DNA of 12,048 nucleotides from a virus (Duplodnaviria; Heunggongvirae; Uroviricota; Caudoviricetes): IMG/VR virus record IMGVR_UViG_2534682338_000009, positions 1 to 12,048 of that record; one strand, 5' to 3'. Shown piece by piece: positions 9,499 to 12,048 of this stretch (position 1 is its first letter; each line of letters starts with the position of its first letter). The notes under the pieces were generated by a model. It saw only the letters and a program-made list of their open reading frames with translations, ran no database searches and was not told where the DNA came from. The position numbers and the translations under genes were made by a program.

Positions 9499-10006
9499 GC
9501 CACCGTTGATATATGCAGTTGAAAACTTTTGGCATATAATTACCTATATAGAAAGCAAAAAAGAAATAAGTTATTAAAGTCCACACTGACCATTTTGAAA
9601 AAAGTGACTTTGATTTTTCTTGGAAAGTTTTTTTAAGACAACTATTTAGTAAGAATATTGATACAAATAAAATCAAGTTTATGATAAAGAATTTCCACTC
9701 CATCAATATATCACCCAATATTAGCATAGGAGCCATCATTCCAGTACTAATTACAGTAATATTATGAAATAAAGTATTCGAACTTCTATATGCATTTCTT
9801 AACAATATAAAAACTGCAATTATTATAATTGCATTCTGTACAAGGGTTAATACTAACGAATTGAAATCAATCCATATTAAACTTATGGGATATCCATAAT
9901 AAACAGAGTTACCGAGTTTATAAAATACATATGTCGCATATGACATAAATGTGATCAATGTTATTATTGATATGTTACTTTCTAGTTTGTATGGGCTATT
10001 TCGCAT
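9473..10006 (-). CDS. Hypothetical polytopic inner-membrane protein (about 5 predicted TM helices)
   Basis: 177-aa ORF with ATG at 10004-10006. Hydrophobic segments ISIITLITFMSYATYVF, LVLTLVQNAIIIIAVFILL, VISTGMMAPMLILGDILM, FFIINLILFVSIFLL and WSVWTLITYFFFAFYIG. Very AT-rich gene. No family recognised. Confidence 0.6.
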   Translation of the reverse strand: MRNSPYKLESNISIITLITFMSYATYVFYKLGNSVYYGYPISLIWIDFNSLVLTLVQNAIIIIAVFILLRNAYRSSNTLFHNITVISTGMMAPMLILGDILMEWKFFIINLILFVSIFLLNSCLKKTFQEKSKSLFSKWSVWTLITYFFFAFYIGNYMPKVFNCIYQRWLGPTHSSY

Positions 10007-10092
10007 CTAATATATCTCTAAACAATTAACTCTAGATTATTTTAATTCCATACTAATACACTATATATCAACATATGATACTCAAACAATTT

Positions 10093-10118
10093 GTTCCCCT
10101 TAACCAACAAAGGGGAAC
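10093..10118 (-). terminator. Stable hairpin (9-bp GC-rich stem GTTCCCCTT/AAGGGGAAC, 8-nt loop) between lipoprotein and membrane-protein genes
   Basis: Stem pairing verified base by base in the sequence. Only weak U-tracts follow on either strand, so it could be a terminator/attenuator or an mRNA-stabilising structure. Confidence 0.3.
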
Positions 10119-10131
10119 GAATAATTTACAC

Positions 10132-10809
10132 TTAAAATTCTTTTCTTGAATCGAATCCACTTACAATTGTGTAGTCTATAAGAGAATTATTTGCCTCGTT
10201 AATTCGAATTTTAGCACCTTTATAAGCGACAACTTTTGTTCCTTCAGAAAGGTCAAAAGTAAAATCTGTTGTATATGCAGATCTCGCCATATTATTAGAG
10301 AATTCACGATATGTGAATTTTAATGTGTTGCCTGACTTTCCATTATACTCTATCGTCTTTACAAATGAATCACTAACCATACATAATCCATTTGGTACAT
10401 ACTGTATTGAAATTTCACTCGAATTGTATGTTGTACCATTAGGCGGTGATATTGTATTTTTTGCTTTATCATATGTTACATAGTTTACTGAGTTAACAAC
10501 TACTCCATATAAGTTCTTAAGCCCAACTGAATTCTTATCAATCGGATTTGCATAAACATTGTTTCCGGTATGGCAGTATGTCCCTTCTTTAATTTCTGAT
10601 AGTGATCCTGACGCGTTACCAAGTTTAAGCAATTCAGTTTTATATCCAGTAGCTGACCTTATAATGGGATCCCCCATGTATGCTTTGTTAGTTGTACCAA
10701 CCATTGGTTCTACATATTCTTGAGTTGTGACTTTTGGAGCAACACTACCCGGAGCACAGCCAGATAATAATGTGGCACCTAAAACAATCAGAGGTATATT
10801 ATTTTTCAT
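10132..10809 (-). CDS. Hypothetical lipoprotein (signal peptidase II lipobox LLSGC; Ala at +2 suggests outer-membrane sorting)
   Basis: 225-aa ORF with ATG at 10807-10809 and AAGGAA 9 nt upstream. N-terminus MKNNIPLIVLGATLLSGCAPGS has a canonical lipobox with Cys18. Mature part is Asn/Tyr/Thr-rich and likely beta-rich. No family recognised. Confidence 0.7.
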   Translation of the reverse strand: MKNNIPLIVLGATLLSGCAPGSVAPKVTTQEYVEPMVGTTNKAYMGDPIIRSATGYKTELLKLGNASGSLSEIKEGTYCHTGNNVYANPIDKNSVGLKNLYGVVVNSVNYVTYDKAKNTISPPNGTTYNSSEISIQYVPNGLCMVSDSFVKTIEYNGKSGNTLKFTYREFSNNMARSAYTTDFTFDLSEGTKVVAYKGAKIRINEANNSLIDYTIVSGFDSRKEF

Positions 10810-10852
10810 GCGTTACTATTCCTTATGTGTGTAGCACTAAAGTTAAAATCTT

Positions 10853-10884
10853 ATCATACCAGATAAAGAATGTTAATAGTTCAA
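10853..10884 (-). promoter_or_regulatory. Candidate sigma70 promoter for the lipoprotein operon (extended -10 TGgTATGAT; weak -35 TTGAAC at 20-bp spacing)
   Basis: Reverse complement of 10853-10861 is TGGTATGAT; TTGAAC on the minus strand at 10879-10884. Spacing is suboptimal, so this is low confidence. Confidence 0.25.
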
Positions 10885-10929
10885 TAGGTTATTGCTCTTT
10901 CCTTTCCTGTTCTCCTTTTTTAGTACATA

Positions 10930-11097
10930 TTAGAATTTCGCATGAGGTACATGAAAATCAATAGGGATTACTTTACTTTCTCCCACTGGCGGCGTATCAC
11001 TTAATGGCGAGTGTTTAGGGCCGTTATAGAGTCCGTCACTGCGGACTCCCTGATTCTTTATATGTTTACGTAGTGTTGACCATTTAATATTTTTCAT
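10930..11097 (-). CDS. Hypothetical small protein (55 aa), not in the supplied ORF track
   Basis: ATG at 11095-11097 with AAGGAA ending ~7 nt upstream and TAA stop at 10930-10932. Translation is MKNIKWSTLRKHIKNQGVRSDGLYNGPKHSPLSDTPPVGESKVIPIDFHVPHAKF. Contains an internal 7-bp stem palindrome (11029-11048). No family recognised. Confidence 0.3.
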   Translation of the reverse strand: MKNIKWSTLRKHIKNQGVRSDGLYNGPKHSPLSDTPPVGESKVIPIDFHVPHAKF

Positions 11098-11123
11098 AAG
11101 TAGTTCCTTATAGTTAGTTATTT

Positions 11124-11180
11124 GGGCGTGCGGGCGGCGACTCGTTCACAACTTCAGCGGTTCACTGCGTGGCGACTCAT
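11124..11180. other. GC-rich island matching the lambda cohesive end (GGGCGGCGAC-TCG at 11132-11144); candidate cosN-like site
   Basis: The only GC-rich block in an AT-rich non-coding region. 10/10 identity to the start of the lambda 12-nt cohesive end GGGCGGCGACCT (from memory), plus internal direct repeats GGCGACTC (11136-11143, 11171-11178) and GTTCAC (11144-11149, 11160-11165). A gpA-family terminase is encoded nearby. Confidence 0.3.
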
Positions 11181-11183
11181 AAA

Positions 11184-11238
11184 GACTTTGGATAATTGAC
11201 TTTGGATAATTGACTTTGAGTAGTATCTTTTGAGTATC
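11184..11238. repeat. Tandem direct repeats: GACTTTGGATAATT x2 plus partial GACTTTGAG, then TTGAGTA(G)TATC x2
   Basis: Counted directly: 11184-11197 and 11198-11211 are identical 14-mers, with a partial third copy at 11212-11220. Confidence 0.8.
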
Positions 11239-11328
11239 TACAATCGAGCAAAGCGAAGGGAGAACGCTTGCGGGAATCCGTAGCGATAGCGAGGAATACG
11301 CAAAGTGATACCCTTATGTGTTTTTTAT

Positions 11329-11372
11329 AGGGATAATAGATAAGACGCTTTAGCGGATTAGCTATTATCCCT
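11329..11372. repeat. 11-bp inverted repeat AGGGATAATAG / CTATTATCCCT with 22-bp spacer
   Basis: Arms at 11329-11339 and 11362-11372 are exact reverse complements. Confidence 0.7.
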
Positions 11373-11409
11373 CTGAATAATAGATATGGCGTATGCTATA
11401 TATGTTATT

Positions 11410-11569
11410 CATCTTTCCATTAGAAAGTAGGATAATTATAATAGGTTGGAAAGATGCCATTTTGCCCCCCGTTTAAACGGTAAAATGCGGCTTACAGCGG
11501 TGTTTTTTGCCCTGTTTTCGCCCCATCTTTCCATCAACATGATTCCCACGCTAAACAGTTGGAAAGATG
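11410..11569. repeat. Four copies of an 11-bp motif (CATCTTTCCAT / TTGGAAAGATG) in alternating orientation; iteron- or operator-like array
   Basis: Copies at 11410-11420 (inverted), 11446-11456 (direct), 11524-11534 (inverted), 11559-11569 (direct). The two inverted pairs have 25- and 24-bp spacers that are unrelated to each other, so only the arms are conserved. The array ends 2 bp from the stop codon of the 158-aa gene. Confidence 0.8.
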
Positions 11570-11571
11570 AT

Positions 11572-12048
11572 TTATAGTGCATTAATGTAGGCCTTAATGC
11601 TCCCTAGACTTGTACCATCTCGCATCATCTGGTGTAGTTTCTTTCTTTCATGTTGATTTAGCTGGCGTGCACCCCCATCTAATGGGTACTTGATCATAAC
11701 GCCGTGGTTGTATGCCTCTAAAAGCTCCTGAGCGGCCTTTGTAGCGATGTTTCTATAATTGTATAGCATTGATTTGTTTAGCGGCTTTTCGTTCCATTTC
11801 ATGCGATTCTGGCGGCGTGTATTCACATTTACTTTTACTTCCTCTATACCAATCATCGGACACTCTAAAACCAGCTTTAGGATCTCTAATCTACTTACCT
11901 TAGTACGGCTAGTTGTGCCTTCAAACTCTTTTGTAATGACTTCATCAATAATATCTAAAGCCTCTTTAGTAAACTGATTCAAAAACTTGTAACCTGATAG
12001 AATGCCGTGTAAATCAGTATTGTCGTATAATTTCTTTTTTCCTGCCAT
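11572..12048 (-). CDS. Hypothetical protein (158 aa), possibly DNA-binding/regulatory; start coincides with the window edge
   Basis: ORF with ATG at 12046-12048 and TAA at 11572-11574. Protein-like composition; the overlapping plus-strand ORF looks like antisense noise. No family recognised. It may extend beyond the window if the true start lies upstream. Confidence 0.5.
   Translation of the reverse strand: MAGKKKLYDNTDLHGILSGYKFLNQFTKEALDIIDEVITKEFEGTTSRTKVSRLEILKLVLECPMIGIEEVKVNVNTRRQNRMKWNEKPLNKSMLYNYRNIATKAAQELLEAYNHGVMIKYPLDGGARQLNQHERKKLHQMMRDGTSLGSIKAYINAL

Noticed and set aside
8538-10809. Envelope gene cluster as the phage lysis cassette (holin, endolysin, spanins)
   Set aside because: No ORF resembles an endolysin. 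The lipoprotein is far larger than outer-membrane spanins and lacks the expected partner architecture. The membrane protein with ~5 TM helices is atypical for a holin. Not excluded, but I do not call it a lysis cassette.
10734-10964. 76-aa plus-strand ORF spanning the lipoprotein start and promoter region
   Set aside because: Overlaps the lipoprotein N-terminus and upstream region in antisense; no support.
11150-11180. GGTTCA-containing segment as a possible tRNA 3' end or attachment site
   Set aside because: The sequence GGTTCACTGCG does not fit the T-loop consensus (GTTCRANYC), and no acceptor stem or CCA context is evident. No tRNA called.
11759-11977. 72-aa plus-strand ORF inside the 158-aa gene
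   Set aside because: Antisense to a more plausible minus-strand gene; the Phe/Ser-rich translation looks like noise.
11572-12048. 158-aa protein as lambda R endolysin (same length)
   Set aside because: The length match is coincidental; the sequence shows no resemblance to the lambda R transglycosylase as I recall it.

Overview
Mosaic, phage-derived window with no rRNA, tRNA or CRISPR array. Left ~6 kb (minus strand) is a lambdoid-type DNA-packaging/head module: Nu1-like small terminase, gpA-family large terminase, a 163-aa unknown protein, portal, and a prohead protease-scaffold-capsid fusion ORF. That ORF stops at 166, where an IS256-family insertion sequence begins (transposase N-terminus at 117..1, running off the window), so the head module looks disrupted. 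Right ~6 kb is a more AT-rich accessory island: a standalone OLD-family ATPase-TOPRIM nuclease (plus strand, 6315-8135), a 400-bp AT-rich spacer carrying a (CTCATTA)x9 heptanucleotide repeat, then a minus-strand cluster of envelope-directed proteins with no family I recognise (signal-peptide protein, small charged protein, polytopic membrane protein, lipoprotein, 55-aa peptide). It is followed by a repeat-dense non-coding stretch (a motif matching the lambda cohesive end, 14-bp direct repeats, four copies of an 11-bp motif in alternating orientation) and a 158-aa unknown gene. The best candidate for something undescribed is the envelope gene cluster, together with the OLD nuclease, sitting in a moron-like position between cos-like sequences and the terminase genes. 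All family assignments are from reading the translated sequence by eye; no database search was run.
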